Source: Octopus vulgaris (taxonomy: Eukaryota). From it: DNA of 64,000 nt. The stretch covers positions 41,540,001-41,604,000 of the forward strand of contig OX597834.1 in NCBI GenBank assembly GCA_951406725.2, in the 5' to 3' direction. A model generated the notes under the pieces. The model did no database searches and was not told the DNA's origin. It was given only the letters and a program-made list of their open reading frames with translations. A program made the translations under genes and the position numbers. This document shows positions 39,315-51,932 of this stretch, piece by piece. Numbering within the stretch: position 1 is the stretch's first letter; each line of letters begins with the position of its first letter.

Positions 39315-39740
39315 ATATTTCTTTATTACACACCAGGGGGCTAAACATAGAGGGGACAAACAAGGACAGACAAAGGGATTAAATCGATTACATTGACCCC
39401 AGTGCGTAACTGGTACTTAATTTATCGACCCCGAAAGGATGAAAGGCAAAGTCGACCTCGGCGGAATTTGAACTCACAATAACATAACGGCAGACGAAAT
39501 ACCTATTTCTTTATTACCCACAAGGGGCTAAACACAGAGCGGACAAACAAGGACAGACATAGGTATTAAGTCGATTACATTGACCCCAGTTCGTAACTGG
39601 TACTTAATTTATCGACCCCGAAAGGATGAAAGGCAAAGTCGACCTCGGCGGAATTTGAACTTACAATAACATAACGGCAGACGAAATACCGTTAAGCATT
39701 TCGCCCGACGTGCTAACGTTTCTGCCAGCTCGCCGCCCTT
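39315..39740 (-). mobile_element. SINE family B tandem dimer
   Basis: Two head-to-tail ~185-bp units. Confidence 0.85.
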
Positions 39741-39794
39741 TAGGTATTTATATATTTAAATATTATTATAAATATCAAAACATTTTTATCTCAC

Positions 39795-39830
39795 TTGAAG
39801 TTAATAAGCACAGTCCGAACAATTGCAATG
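39795..39830 (-). CDS. IF-3 candidate 36-nt exon 7
   Basis: ttattag|C...AA|gtgaga, phase 2-2; (C)IAIVRTVLINF(K). Weak pyrimidine tract; speculative. Confidence 0.3.
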
Positions 39831-40071
39831 CTAATAACATCACTACGAACTCAGATGATTGAAAGATCTGTCCAAGTAGTTGTTCGATATAACACCACGG
39901 GTCAGCAATTGAACGAGTGCGAGCAAATCAGTTTTGTCTCTCTACGCCCATCTCGGACAAACCTATCTACCAGCGCATAAGTGCCTATATATTGCATCTC
40001 CAACCGGTTGCGCCCCTTGGTAGCATTGTCACGCCAAAGAAAGTGTGTTTTTTTTTTATATATATGTGGGG

Positions 40072-40095
40072 TTAGGGTTAGGGTTAGGGTTAGGG
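40072..40095 (+). repeat. (TTAGGG)4 interstitial telomere-like repeat
   Basis: Directly visible. Confidence 0.85.
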
Positions 40096-41059
40096 GTGGG
40101 AGAAAAGGGTTTCTGTTATCTTCAGAAATGCAAACAAAGCCACTTCCGGTACTTACGGTACGTATACCGAAGGATCGCCCTATTAAAGCTCAATACCTGA
40201 ATGTAACAACACATGCCCAGCTAGAAAAACTCCTGAAAGTTATGTGGATAGATATAGATTATGCAACCAGGCCAAGGCAGTTCCGGAACATGGAAATCCA
40301 TGTCAAGAACGACGCCCCCCCCCGCCTCGCTGAAACACTCCACTCTTGCTACACGCCAGATGAAACTCCCAATGGCTGTTGTCTAGTGCTGCATTGGAGA
40401 GCAGTAACACCATTCTCAACGTCAAACGAACAGAGAGGGTGTTTTGGTTTATGATTACATCGTAGTTCAAATCCTGCCGAGATAAACATTAATTTTCATG
40501 TCTTCTTGGAACAGTAAAGTAACTACCAGCCCAAGAATTTAGAGAGGAGGAGGTCGTTACATCAGAATGTCTCGGCCTTTTGTAGCGCCGTCAATAATCA
40601 ATGTCCCGTATTCAAATACCGTTGTATTTGCCTTTGATTCTCATAACTTCCTGAGTCTACAAAATATGTACTGTTCAAGGAGTTAGGTAGGAGGGGGCAA
40701 TTTATAATTGTTGAAGACATGTTTGTCCCCTCTATGTTTAGCCCCTTGTGGGTAATAAAGAAATAGGCATTTCGTCTGCCGTTATTTTATTGTGAGTTCA
40801 AATTCCGCCGAGGTCGACTTTGCCTTTCATCCTTTCGGGGTCGATAAATAAAGTACCATTATTTTGATTAAGAAAAAACAAATTTCTAATTGCTTTTGCT
40901 TATTCATTTCTCAGCGGCCAATTCGTTTAGGACCACCTAATATAAAAAGACAACGGTTTAGTGTAAAGAATAAGTAAGAGTTTAGAGAAAGAAATTTTTA
41001 AAAATGATTAATTAAAGATAAGTTTTATAACTTGCAGATAAGTTAAAACCAGTATTTAC

Positions 41060-41280
41060 CAGTTTTCAGCCCGATCCAGGATGCTACGATAACGATCAAT
41101 TTCGTCTTCGATCCTCCGATTCGCGTCCAACAGATCTTGGTTTTCCTTTTGCAATATTTCAATATCGCCTCTGAGACGGGCATCATCGGCTCTATGTTCG
41201 GCTGTCTCACGTACCAGCTCCGAAGAAACAGATAAATATTTAGCGTTTGCTTCATCCAATTTCGATTTTAAATCGTTGAT
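41060..41280 (-). CDS. IF-3 exon 6 (coil 2B end)
   Basis: ttatag|ATC...TG|gtaaat; 221 nt; ...QDLLDANRRIEDEIDRYRSILDRAEN. Read-through gives W* (TAA at 41058-41056). Confidence 0.92.
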
Positions 41281-41356
41281 CTATAAGCAAATGAATTAAA
41301 GAAACAAAATCTATATTTATATTTACACACACATATTCGCAAACACACACAAACGC

Positions 41357-41430
<74 letters not shown>

Positions 41431-41433
41431 TAC

Positions 41434-41550
41434 CTGAGTCTGGCATTTCAAAACGTTTCTTTCAAACTCATCTCTCTCTTCACGAATTTCTTTGTTCTTT
41501 CTTTCCATTTGTCTCACTTTAAACTCTTCTTCCGAACGTATTCTTCGAAT
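41434..41550 (-). CDS. IF-3 exon 5
   Basis: atttcag|ATT...CAG|gtaata; 117 nt; IRRIRSEEEFKVRQMERKNKEIREERDEFERNVLKCQTQ. Confidence 0.9.
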
Positions 41551-43112
41551 CTGAAATAATATACAAACAATTCATAATATTTTAAACAATATATCAACAT
41601 CTTTCTTCTCTCTTTGACCAAAAACGTTTTGCTGAAATTGTTTGTATTTGCGTTTCACTTCGGCCTGAATTCGCGAAATTTACACAATTATTTTTGCCAA
41701 TAAACACCACTTCAACATCTTAAGGTCACCTCTAGTGTATTTCAATGAAAACCATTGCCAGATTTTGTCAACGAAAGCTCTGTTCCATTTTGCAAATGAA
41801 CACGAATGTTAAATTTTGTCAATGAATAACAACTTTTGGTTGGACACTGTCACGTCTTTTATTATGAAACAATGTTTAACAACGAAATTGGAATTGACTG
41901 TGGTTCAGCTGAAACAATTCTGGTTGCTTTTATCATTGCATAGCTCTCAGACGATTCCCCATTTAAAGCGGTAGAGTACAATTTCTATCATATAATCTGT
42001 TTCTGTGGTCTACAACCTATTGAAACAATGATTGTGTGTCTGTGTGTGTGTGTGTTTGTAAGTATCCATCTGTCTCTCGCACATTCTTACTGGCTTACAT
42101 CCAAACGGCGATTGACTTACTGAAACATGGAAACCATAAATTACCTCCTTCGACATCAGTGACATTTGAACTCAGAACATAAAGACGGACGAAATGCCGC
42201 TAAGCATTTTACTCGGCGTGCTAACAATTCTGCCTGCTTATCGCCCTACAACTAGGCTTAACCGTGGAGAAACAGAAGCAAGAGAAAATCTAAGCCTAAT
42301 TTCGATCTAGAAAATAGTAAACTCATCGGGATTTATTTTCAGCGAGATTTCTCTCACACACAGAAATGATTCTACATCGTCCCTCAGTTTCCTAATAAAT
42401 AGTCTTCACAGAACCTGACTCTACAGAGTTCCTCGGCTTCTTAATAATAGCAACCAAATATCCCTTAAATCCCAGTCGTCTCTCTTAAAAAGAGGGACAC
42501 GATGTACAACATAATTCTAAAGGCACAACAAAAAGAATGGTTTGCTCTTAAATGGGACACCTTTGATCGTATCGCTGCTCGAAATGGGGCTATACAACAG
42601 CAATGAAAAACAACAGCGACAACATGAACTGCAATGTTTCTAAAACAGTGGTTAGTGAAATGAACACCAGGTGGCTTTGCAACTGTTTGATTCTATGTTA
42701 CGAATGAAAAAAATATTCTTACGGGCATTGCCGTTGTATTTTGGACTTCTTTAGCGTTTCCTGAATTATTAATCATCTGTTGGTTGAATGAAATGGTTGA
42801 AACCTTACACAAGGATTTCTTAATACTCTAGATCCTCCATCCTCACCTTCTCTCGAAAATCAGAGCATTCTTCCCCTAACTCACCGATCTCAAGAAACGG
42901 TGAATGAAGTTAAAAGAAATCTACTGCAAAATATCTATTTCAAAAATCAGAATTTAAGTGTTCTTTTCAATAAGGTACATTTGTAGAATGGAGAAAGGCT
43001 GAGTGAGAAGCAATCAACCCTTTCTTGTAAAAAACATAATGGAAATTTTTAAGGAGCACTCATTGAGTAGCAGAGAACGAAACGGAAATGTAAAGATGTA
43101 AAGGGGACTCAC

Positions 43113-43277
43113 CTTGGATTCGAACTCAGTCTTTATGATAGAACATTCTGTTTCTAATTTATGTTCATATTCTCGGCGAATTTCATTCTTGGATTTGTTG
43201 AGTTCTGATTCCCAATATTTCTTAATTTCAGCATCGGGATTTTGTTTGGCCAAAAGTTCCTGATACTCTTTGCTTTT
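43113..43277 (-). CDS. IF-3 exon 4
   Basis: gtgtag|AAA...AAG|gtgagt; 165 nt; KSKEYQELLA...YWESELNKSKNEIRREYEHKLE...FESK. Confidence 0.92.
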
Positions 43278-43826
43278 CTACACAGAAACATAGAGAAGGC
43301 AAGATGATGACATAATGATGGTAAGTCCACAAAACACAACAGCAACGAAAATTACACTAGCAACAACAACAACAACATCAATATCAACCAAAAGAATAAC
43401 AAGAACACCAAAAGCAACAAGAGAATATGCAACGTCAACAACTTGGTAATGCTTCAGACCAGCCTAGAACACCAAAACAAATATACCCAGAGGAAAAAAA
43501 GCAGGGCATTGATCAGAAAAGCATGGGAGCTATCCCGGGCCTAATCAATCTATCAAACAGTACAAAAGTCTACGTGGTGAGTCAGAGCAGGAGACCGAGT
43601 CGTCACTTGTGCAGTGACTCACACCACCATAGTGTTTTCTGTCTACAGCAAATGAAAGAAGAAAGACCACAACTTCTTCAAGTACTGTAACCATAGCAAC
43701 ATCAGCAGCAGCAGTAGTAGTCGATGCAGGCTGCCACGATGGCATAAATAGCAAGAAGAGTAAAACTAGCAGTAGCAGCATAACTGGTAAGAGCATCTGC
43801 ATCAACAACTGCAACAACAACAGTAG

Positions 43827-44020
43827 TGGAGGGGCAATGGCCCAGTGGTTAGGACAGCGGACTCGCGTTCTTACGACCGCGGTTTCGATTCCCAGGCCGG
43901 GCATTGTGAGTGTTTATTGAGCAAAAGCACCTAAGCTCCGCGAGGCTCCGGCGGGGTAGGAGTGGTGAACCCCGCTGTACTCTTTCACTACAACTTTCTC
44001 TCACTCTTTCTTCTTACTTC
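43827..44020 (+). mobile_element. SINE family C, head and body (truncated)
   Basis: Sequence match to family C. Confidence 0.8.
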
Positions 44021-44029
44021 TGCCACAAA

Positions 44030-44400
44030 GCAGAGGAACCATGGTTTAAGCCACTATGGTGTGGTAAACTTTCAGACCCTAGTCTAGATTGCGAATCCTC
44101 TGTACCCCAGGATGGTTCAGCTCTCCACCCGTTAAAGGCCACCATGTAATTCCATACGGAGTTGGCTGTTCTTGTTTGGAATTCATGAGCATTCTCAAGT
44201 TCATTTTTGGTCACTCCTTCTGCACAAGCAGCATACTGTTTCAGATCTCCTTTGCTTTTTAGCTAATATTCTGCCTTGCTTCTTTTTTCACTGTTGATGC
44301 ACTTCTGTTCGCTAATCAGCCCACGTCCACCCTTACCTCTTTCAATGTAGAGCCTGTGTACATTTGCCTTAGGGCGGAGGGCACCATACATTGTCATTGT
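44030..44400 (-). mobile_element. Non-LTR retrotransposon fragment
   Basis: MYGALRPKANVHRLYIERGKGGRGLIS, homologous to MHHPKSDIEGLYIQRIEGGRGLI at 60023-60355. Confidence 0.75.
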
Positions 44401-44489
44401 CTTCGTATTTCTCACTTCAAGCCACAGTTGTTTATTTTTTTCCAGTTATAATCAGTTATAAGAGTAAAAGAAGGAGAAAATTTACTTAC

Positions 44490-44585
44490 GATTTCATAGT
44501 CATGTTTGAGGGTGACCAGTTCAGCTTGTATTGTATTTGCTCGTTGGGCCTCAGCTCCGCGATTGGAAATTTCCCTTTCCAAACA
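44490..44585 (-). CDS. IF-3 exon 3
   Basis: taacag|TGT...ATC|gtaagt; 96 nt; CLEREISNRGAEAQRANTIQAELVTLKHDYEI. Confidence 0.9.
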
Positions 44586-44689
44586 CTGTTAATAGAAATG
44601 AAGTTTTCGGTTTATATGTATATGTATATGTGTATATACATACACATACATACATGTGTGTGTGTGTGCGTGCATGTTTGTGTATATAT

Positions 44690-44920
44690 ATTTCTTTACT
44701 ACCCACAAGGGGCTAAACACAGAGGGGACAAACAAGGACAGACAAAGGGATTAAGTCGATTACATCGACCCCAGTGCGTAACTGGTACTTGATTAATCGA
44801 CCCCGAAAGGATGAAAGGCAAAGTCGACCTCGACGGAATTTGAACTCAGAACGTAACGGCAGACGAAATACGGCTACGCATTTCGCCCGGCGTGCTAACG
44901 TTTCTGCCAGCTCGCCGCCT
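44690..44920 (-). mobile_element. SINE family B, full length
   Basis: Sequence match to family B. Confidence 0.88.
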
Positions 44921-44943
44921 TGTGTGTGTATATATATATACAT

Positions 44944-44979
<36 letters not shown>

Positions 44980-45109
44980 TCACTGCGTTTATTTCAATTT
45001 CCGCCTACTAAATCCGCACACGAAGCTTTGGTCACTATAATATGAAGCGCCACATACAGATATTAAAATTAGATACAAATCTACAATATGTTTGTTAAAG
45101 AACAATGTA

Positions 45110-45432
45110 TGGAGCACTCCGTCGGTTACGATGACGAGGGTCCCAGCTGATACGATCAGCAGAACAGCCTGCTCGTGAAATTAACGTGCAAGTGGCTGAG
45201 CACTCCACAGACACGTCTACCCTTAACGTAGTTCTCAGGGAGATTCAGCGTAACACACAGTGTGACAAGGCCGGCCCTTTGAAATACAGGTACAACTCAT
45301 TTTTGCCAGCTGAGTGGACTGGAGCAACGTGAAATAAAGTGTCTTGCTCAAGTACACAACGCGTCGCTTGGAATCGAACTCACGACCTTACAATCGTGAG
45401 CCGAATGCCCTAACCACTAAGCCACGCACCTT
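45110..45432 (-). mobile_element. Chimeric SINE (family D head, family C tail)
   Basis: TSD AAAGAACAATGTAT. Confidence 0.85.
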
Positions 45433-45667
45433 CACAAAGAACAATGTATATATATCTCCTGATACCTGTTGCATGAACTTCACAAGAAACGAACGAAAGC
45501 AAGCGTTATGATGTGCACTTTTGTTCCTCGTAACAATTATGCCATCCGAAATCGATTGATCGCACATCCAAGGGGCTCCCGCAAACGCCCATCCACTAAA
45601 TTTCATTCCAAACGCGTTTTTGTAAAGCAGAAGCTGAGATAAAAGAAAATAACAAACTTCCTAGTGA

Positions 45668-46095
45668 TAGGCGCAGGAGTGGCTGTGTGGTAAGTAGCTT
45701 GCTAACCAACCACATGGTTCCGGGTTCAGTCCCACTGCGTGGCATGTTGGGCAAGTGTCTTCTGCTATAGCCTCGGGCCGACCAATGCCTTGTGAGTGGA
45801 TTTGGTAGACGGAAACTGAAAGAAGCCCGTCGTATATATGTATGTACATATATATATATGTGTGTGTGTATGTTTGTGTGTCTGTGTTTGTCCCTCTAGC
45901 ATTGCTTGACAACCGATGCTGGTGTGTTTACGTCCCCGTCATCTAGCGGTTCGGCAAAAAGAGACCGATAGAATAAGTACTGGGCTTACAAAAAGAATAA
46001 GTCCCGGGGTCGATTTGCTCGACTAAAGGCGGTGCCCCAGCATGGCCGCAGTCAAATGACTGAAACAAGTAAAAGAGTAAAAAGAGAAAAGAGTA
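45668..46095 (+). mobile_element. SINE family A, full length
   Basis: Sequence match to family A. Confidence 0.9.
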
Positions 46096-46123
46096 TACCA
46101 AGAGGAAATCACGTGGTTGTATA

Positions 46124-46357
46124 TATTTCTTTACTACCCACAAGGGGCTAAACACAGAGGGGACAAACAAGGACAGACATTGGTATTAAGTCGATTACAT
46201 CGACCCCAGTGCGTAACCGGTACTTAATTTATCGACTCCGAAAGGATGAAAGGCAAAGTCGACCCCGGCGGAATTTGAACTCAGAACGTAAAGGCGGACG
46301 AAAAACCGCTAAGCATTTGGCCCGGCGTGTTAACGTTTCTGCCAGCTCGCCGCCTTA
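46124..46357 (-). mobile_element. SINE family B, full length
   Basis: Sequence match; atca(c/t)gtggttgtata flanks both sides. Confidence 0.88.
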
Positions 46358-46613
46358 TCATGTGGTTGTATAGCGAACTTTTTAACCACTCGCTCAAGAT
46401 ATTATTAATTAGCATATTATATCAAAAACTTCATGTCAATTTTAATAAAACTTAAATATTTTATAAACATAGAAAACTGATTTTGTGGTAGGAGACACTT
46501 TCTCCAAATCCGGGGTCTCGTGGTTACTAAGAGAAACGCTTAGGTACTCGGCAATGCTTGCCAAATTACAAGTTCCCAAAACAGAGCAATAATCATGTTT
46601 AAGTTTTGCTTAC

Positions 46614-46800
46614 CAATTTAACTTGCTGTAGTTGGTCTTCCCGACAGCGAATGTTATTTTTCGAGTCGTCGAGTTCTTTCTCCAGAGTTTGAACCTGCCT
46701 TCTCATAATTTCGCTGTCAGTAACACGCCGAGAGAAGTCATCATTAAGAGTCGCAATAGTGTTTTGCTTTTGGCCGCACATATCAGTGAGTTCACGTACT
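46614..46800 (-). CDS. IF-3 exon 2
   Basis: ttacag|A...TTG|gtaagc; 187 nt; VRELTDMCGQKQNTIATLNDDFSRRVTDSE... aligns with IF-2 LYDDISRQISDSE. Confidence 0.92.
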
Positions 46801-46986
46801 CTGTAATATAAGAGTCGAAGTGTATTTGTTTGGGCCAGTGGAAAAAATTATATATATCGTTTGTAAAAAACATAAATCCGAAAGAAAACCACACTCTAAG
46901 ATGTAGAGCAGTATATATTATAAGGTATATATATAAAGTATATATTATAAAGTATATATATAAAGTATATATTATAAAGTATATAT

Positions 46987-47063
46987 AGGCGCAGGAGTGG
47001 CTGTGTGGTAAGTAGCTTGCCTACCAACCACATGGTTCCGGAAACTGAAAGAAGCCTGTCGTA

Positions 47064-47112
<49 letters not shown>

Positions 47113-47326
47113 ATATGTATATGTATGTGTGTGTGTGTGTTTGTGTGTCTGTGTTTGTCCCCCTAGCATTGCTTGACAACCGATGCTGGTGTGTTTACGT
47201 CCCCGTCACCTAGCGGTTCGGCAAAAGAGACCGATAGAATAAGTACTGGGGTCGATTTGCTCGACTAAAGGCGGTGCTCCAGCATGGCCGCAGTCAAATG
47301 ACTGAAACAAGTAAAAGAGTAAAAAT
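46987..47326 (+). mobile_element. SINE family A with internal deletions
   Basis: Sequence match to family A. Confidence 0.85.
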
Positions 47327-49759
47327 ATACATATATACATATAAAAAAATATATATATACATATTTAGAGACATTTGTTGGATGACCGTTGACTGTCCAG
47401 GATTTCATGAAGCGCTTGACAAGTCCTAATTTTCATCCTGCAGGGTGTCCAACACCGTCCTCCTCAACATGCAAGCTTGGTGGGGTTGCCAGTTTAGTTG
47501 CTGACAACCCGACTACGCGATATGTTGTACTGGATTACATGTTACCAGCAGCACTCAAGAGCGACCTGACATATATATTTACGTATAAGAGGTAATTTTA
47601 CCACTATGTGGAAACCTTTATGCTAGAAGAAGATCCGCTATGGTCTTAACCACTAAGAATTGTTCTCTAGAAAATTTAGCAAACACCAGAAACGTAAGCG
47701 AGCAAGACAAATGAAAAGTAACAAAAATATAGATTAATGATAAACAAATGTTTCACTATCAACAAATTACGATTTATTGATGTAATGTTGTGTATTACGA
47801 AAGCGAATGTACATACTGATCCAATACTAAACATCAAACAATTTGAAATTTTATAAATGCATAAACACAACACTTTAATATGTTCCAGCAGGAAGCGTTG
47901 AAAACGCAAAGTTTGAGTGAGCAAATGCAAAATTTGTAGAGAGAACTGGTTGGCATTGAATCGCACAGAAATATCAATAAGAGACGGCAGAGCGGAGCAG
48001 TAATGGTAAGGTAGAAAGAGCGAAACGAAGAAATGTTGTGAGAACGAGGATGAAAATATACAAGTTAAGTGATGAGATTTGCTTAGAGATGAGTATAAAA
48101 AAAAGAAAGAAAGAAGAAAAGTAGGGATAGACGGAAGGGTTAAAAAGTCGTTGAGGACCAGACAAATCAACGCAAATCATAAATCTAAGTTTGAAGAAAA
48201 TAGATTTGAGAAGGGAGGTCAAAGAGAATTATATAAAAGAAAGAAAACTAGGAAACACAGCTAGACCACCCTATTTTTACGTGTAGCAGAAAAATCTTTT
48301 CGTGATCTGAGTACAGTATAAGCATTCTATAAAGTAGCGAAAAATAAAGGTAAATTAGAAAATGTGAGGAATGCTTGCGAAAACGGTTATTATATAACTA
48401 TAAATTGAATTTTAAACACTTTAGGGCATTATACAAAATAAAGGAATGTCATAATTTTAAGTAGGTCTAATTAATATATGTAAATAGATGAAGAAGGATA
48501 TGAGAGCTAGGACAAAGATGACGGTCGATATACAATTTCATAGTTATCTCAGACGACTAGAACATTTTGATCTATGGTAAAAAGTAGAGGTTTTAGAAAT
48601 TAATGTCTTCTGAATATAGCTGCGTCAAGTTGTTAATACAAAGCAGAGAGTCAGGAAGACTTCGGAAGGTGAACATGTAGTATTTTATACGTAGTTAGCT
48701 ACACCCCAAGATAAGGAAGAAATAAAACCCAAGTAATGATGAGACAATTTGGTAAGTAGGTCGATAGTGTCACAGCTAAATATTTAAGAATTGCTTAAAG
48801 AGATGGGCAGGTAGTCTTTGACACCTATCTCTCAAATGGCTGCATGATTTGTGCAAACCTCTGCATATTGTCTATGTGGAAGGCTTGGAAATCTATGAGT
48901 ATGCTGTCAGTGCATTACATCGACCCCAAGGTTTGACTGGTACTTATTTTATCGACCCCGAGAAGATGAAAGGCAAAGTAACTGCGACTGAATTTGGTGT
49001 GTGTGTGTGGGGGGGTATGTATGTATGTATATATAATAATATAAATAATATATAAATATATGCATATATACATACATATATGTACATGCCTACATATATA
49101 TGTATATATATATACATGCATATATGGGTACTGGACATCAACGTTGAACACAATGAGAAACGAAAATAAAAACAAAAACATAGAAACGAACTTATTTTCG
49201 AACAACGAAAAAACAAACAGAAAAACGAGACATACAATATAAAGAATATTCTCCTTCTTCAGTTGTCCCTGTTTCATCTACTCCGCTTTTCGAAGGTAAG
49301 GACAAGACGCTACTTCGTTGAAACAGTCCTTCCCGCAAAGCAAATTAAATAACATTTGGGATTTTTTGCGGAGGATGGAAGTGGTAACAAGAACAGGACA
49401 GTGAAAACAAAACAGTAAAAACAAACGGTGAGGGTTGTTAAGTCAAGACGATAGAAAGATTATTAGGAACGCTAGGAAGACGAGCTTATGGAGGAGACAG
49501 TATGTGCACGTTGTTGTCTTTATCAAGGTAGTAGTCAGAAAGATAGATTCTCTTTCGTCACGTGTCAGCGACGAGAGAGTCGAGGAGGAGGAGTGAGAGA
49601 GAGGGAACGGTGAAGAGTAGAGGAGAAGAAAAGGGAAGGGTGGTAGAGAAAACCAGAAAGGATGGAGAACAAGAGAGGGAAGAGATAGACAGAGAAGAGA
49701 TCGTAAAGATAGAAGAGTGCGCATATATATATATATATATATATATATTTCGTACTTAC

Positions 49760-50022
49760 TTGGCACATGAGCCCTGCAGTTCTTGTTCCAAGGTGTTGAT
49801 ACGGTCGTTTTTCTGATCATTTGTCTTACCATGTATTTCTTTTATCGTTTGAATCTCTACTCGCGACGCCTCTTTAATGGACTTGACGTCAGCATCTCGC
49901 TTTTTCAAATCGTCTTTCAGGGAATTGAGCTCACACTGAAGGAAACTGTTCCTTTCCGTGAATTTTGAAAACCTTGAGTTCAAATTTCCCAACTCTTTCA
50001 CATCCTGCTGTTTGTGTCCCAT
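49760..50022 (-). CDS. IF-3 exon 1 (very short head plus coil 1A/1B)
   Basis: AAGATGG start context; in-frame stop upstream at 50092-50094; DVKELGNLNSRFSKFTERNSFLQCE; AA|gtaagt donor, phase 2. Confidence 0.88.
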
Positions 50023-50125
50023 CTTGTTGTTGTTATTCGAAAAAAAAACTGTTTTACAGTTTTGAGGAAAAAATCCTGTGCAGGTACAAGGCTAAAGCAC
50101 TGGTGACCACTTCGACGTATCTGCC

Positions 50126-50163
50126 AACTGTGGAAGATTACGAGATCCTAAGCATTTTATATA
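50126..50163 (-). promoter_or_regulatory. Candidate TATA box plus initiator of IF-3
   Basis: Minus-strand TATATAAAA (50163-50155) lies ~32 nt upstream of an Inr-like CAGTT (A at 50129), which is ~107 nt before the ATG. Confidence 0.6.
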
Positions 50164-50567
50164 TCACTCGTGAAGGGTTTGTCGCAAGGGCAACATATAG
50201 ACAAGAAGAGAGAGGGAAAAAAGAGTAGGAGGAAGCAGAGGAGGAGAGAAGGAACAAAACGGTAAGTAATGAAAAGTGACCAATCAAGAGAGAGAGAGAG
50301 AGAAAGAGAGAGAGTAAGAAAGAAAGAAAAATACACAGAAGAAGAGAGAAATAATAAAGAAACAGAGGTGGTAGTAAAGAAGAGAATGGAGGAGGGAGGA
50401 GAAACGGAACTATATTGAAAATAATGAAAAACAAATCAGACCCAAACGTCATGTAACAATGTGCAGAATGTACCGACACACCCAAACACACACACATACA
50501 CACACACACACACATCCACACACACACACACACACACACATACACACACACACATACACACACACAA

Positions 50568-50602
<35 letters not shown>

Positions 50603-50884
50603 ACATACACACACACACATACACACACACACACATACACACACACACACACACACACATACACACATACACACACACACGCACACACACACACACACAA
50701 ACACACACACATGCATGCATGCATACATGTACACACCTAGACACAAGCGCGTGTACCCAACCTTGCGCAGAAAAGAAACTCTATCGCAATCAGCATTCCG
50801 GAGGTATGTCCAGGCATCCAAAATTTGCCCAACACTACTTTTTATGGGCTCAGGAACCCTATCATCAAGACGACCCTTTTGTTC

Positions 50885-51084
50885 ATTTCTTTTATTTCTT
50901 TCATTTGTTTCTGTCATTTGACTGTGGCCATGCTGAAGCACCGCCTTTAGTCGAGCAAATTGACCCCAGGACTTACTCTTCGTAAGCCTAGTACTTATTC
51001 TATCGGTCTCTCTTGCTGAACCGCTAAGTTACGAGGACGTAAACACACCAGCATCGGTTGTCGAACATAGACACACAAACATAT

Positions 51085-51135
<51 letters not shown>

Positions 51136-51296
51136 CGACGGGCTTCTTTCAGTTTCCGTCTACCAAATCCACTCACAAGGCTTTGGTCGGCCCGAGGCTA
51201 TAGCAGAAGACACTTGCCCAAAGTGCCACGCAGTGGGACTGAACCCGGAACCATGTGGTTGGTATGCAAGCTACTTACCACACAGTCACTCCTGCT
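50885..51296 (-). mobile_element. SINE family A
   Basis: Sequence match; ~0.7 kb upstream of the IF-3 promoter. Confidence 0.88.
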
Positions 51297-51849
51297 GACT
51301 TTTTGCTCTTTTAGGGGTTTATTCTGAACACCACGCATGTATTTCTAGCTTAACTTGCTGCCTTTCTTTATTTAAGTTATACCTGCTTCTTGTTCCCTTA
51401 TTTTATCCTTTTCTGATGAGTTCTAATACACTTGGGCTCTGTATGCAATAATCCCATTTTTATTATTGCTTATTTTTATAAAAATACAGACAAGATTACA
51501 CGTACAAAGATACACACGCACACATTCACTGATGTACGAAGTAATTAGCTAAGTAATTGGCACTTTGTTGATGGCGGCGACAAATGTTCCACTTGATCCG
51601 ATCCATGGAACAGGCTGCCCGTGAAATTAATGCATAGGTGGTTGAGCACTCCACAAATACGCGAACATGCTTTCATAAATGTTCACATACCCAGATTGAG
51701 GTGGAGGCAATTATGCGGACAAACAATGTTGAATACAACAGTTTGGGTTCGATATACAATATATATGTGTATACATGTTTGTTTGTATGTATGTATGTAT
51801 GTATGTATGTATGTATGTATGTATGTATGTATGTATGTATGTATGTATG

Positions 51850-51932
<83 letters not shown>

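Larger units (their letters stand above)
41056..50022 (-). other. IF-3: divergent, nearly headless, rod-only intermediate filament gene (six rod exons; 3' end uncertain)
   Basis: Exons 50022-49760, 46800-46614, 44585-44490, 43277-43113, 41550-41434, 41280-41060 (263/187/96/165/117/221 nt). All GT-AG, no stops or frameshifts, phases identical to IF-2. Confidence 0.9.

Noticed and set aside
40072-40095. Telomere or chromosome-fusion scar
   Set aside because: Only four TTAGGG units in an intron-like context, more likely part of a small interspersed element.
47650-49700. Possible highly decayed Penelope-like element in IF-3 intron 1, with a permuted hammerhead-like stretch near 49250-49305 (-)
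   Set aside because: Only vague similarity; the cleavage-site nucleotides do not match and the ORF remnants are unconvincing.
50138-50985. 267-aa (-) and 174-aa (+) ORFs upstream of IF-3
   Set aside because: Composed of SINE tail, (CA)n and purine-rich low-complexity sequence.
51413-51440. CTGATGAG as a hammerhead core
   Set aside because: No paired stem II or GAAA follows.
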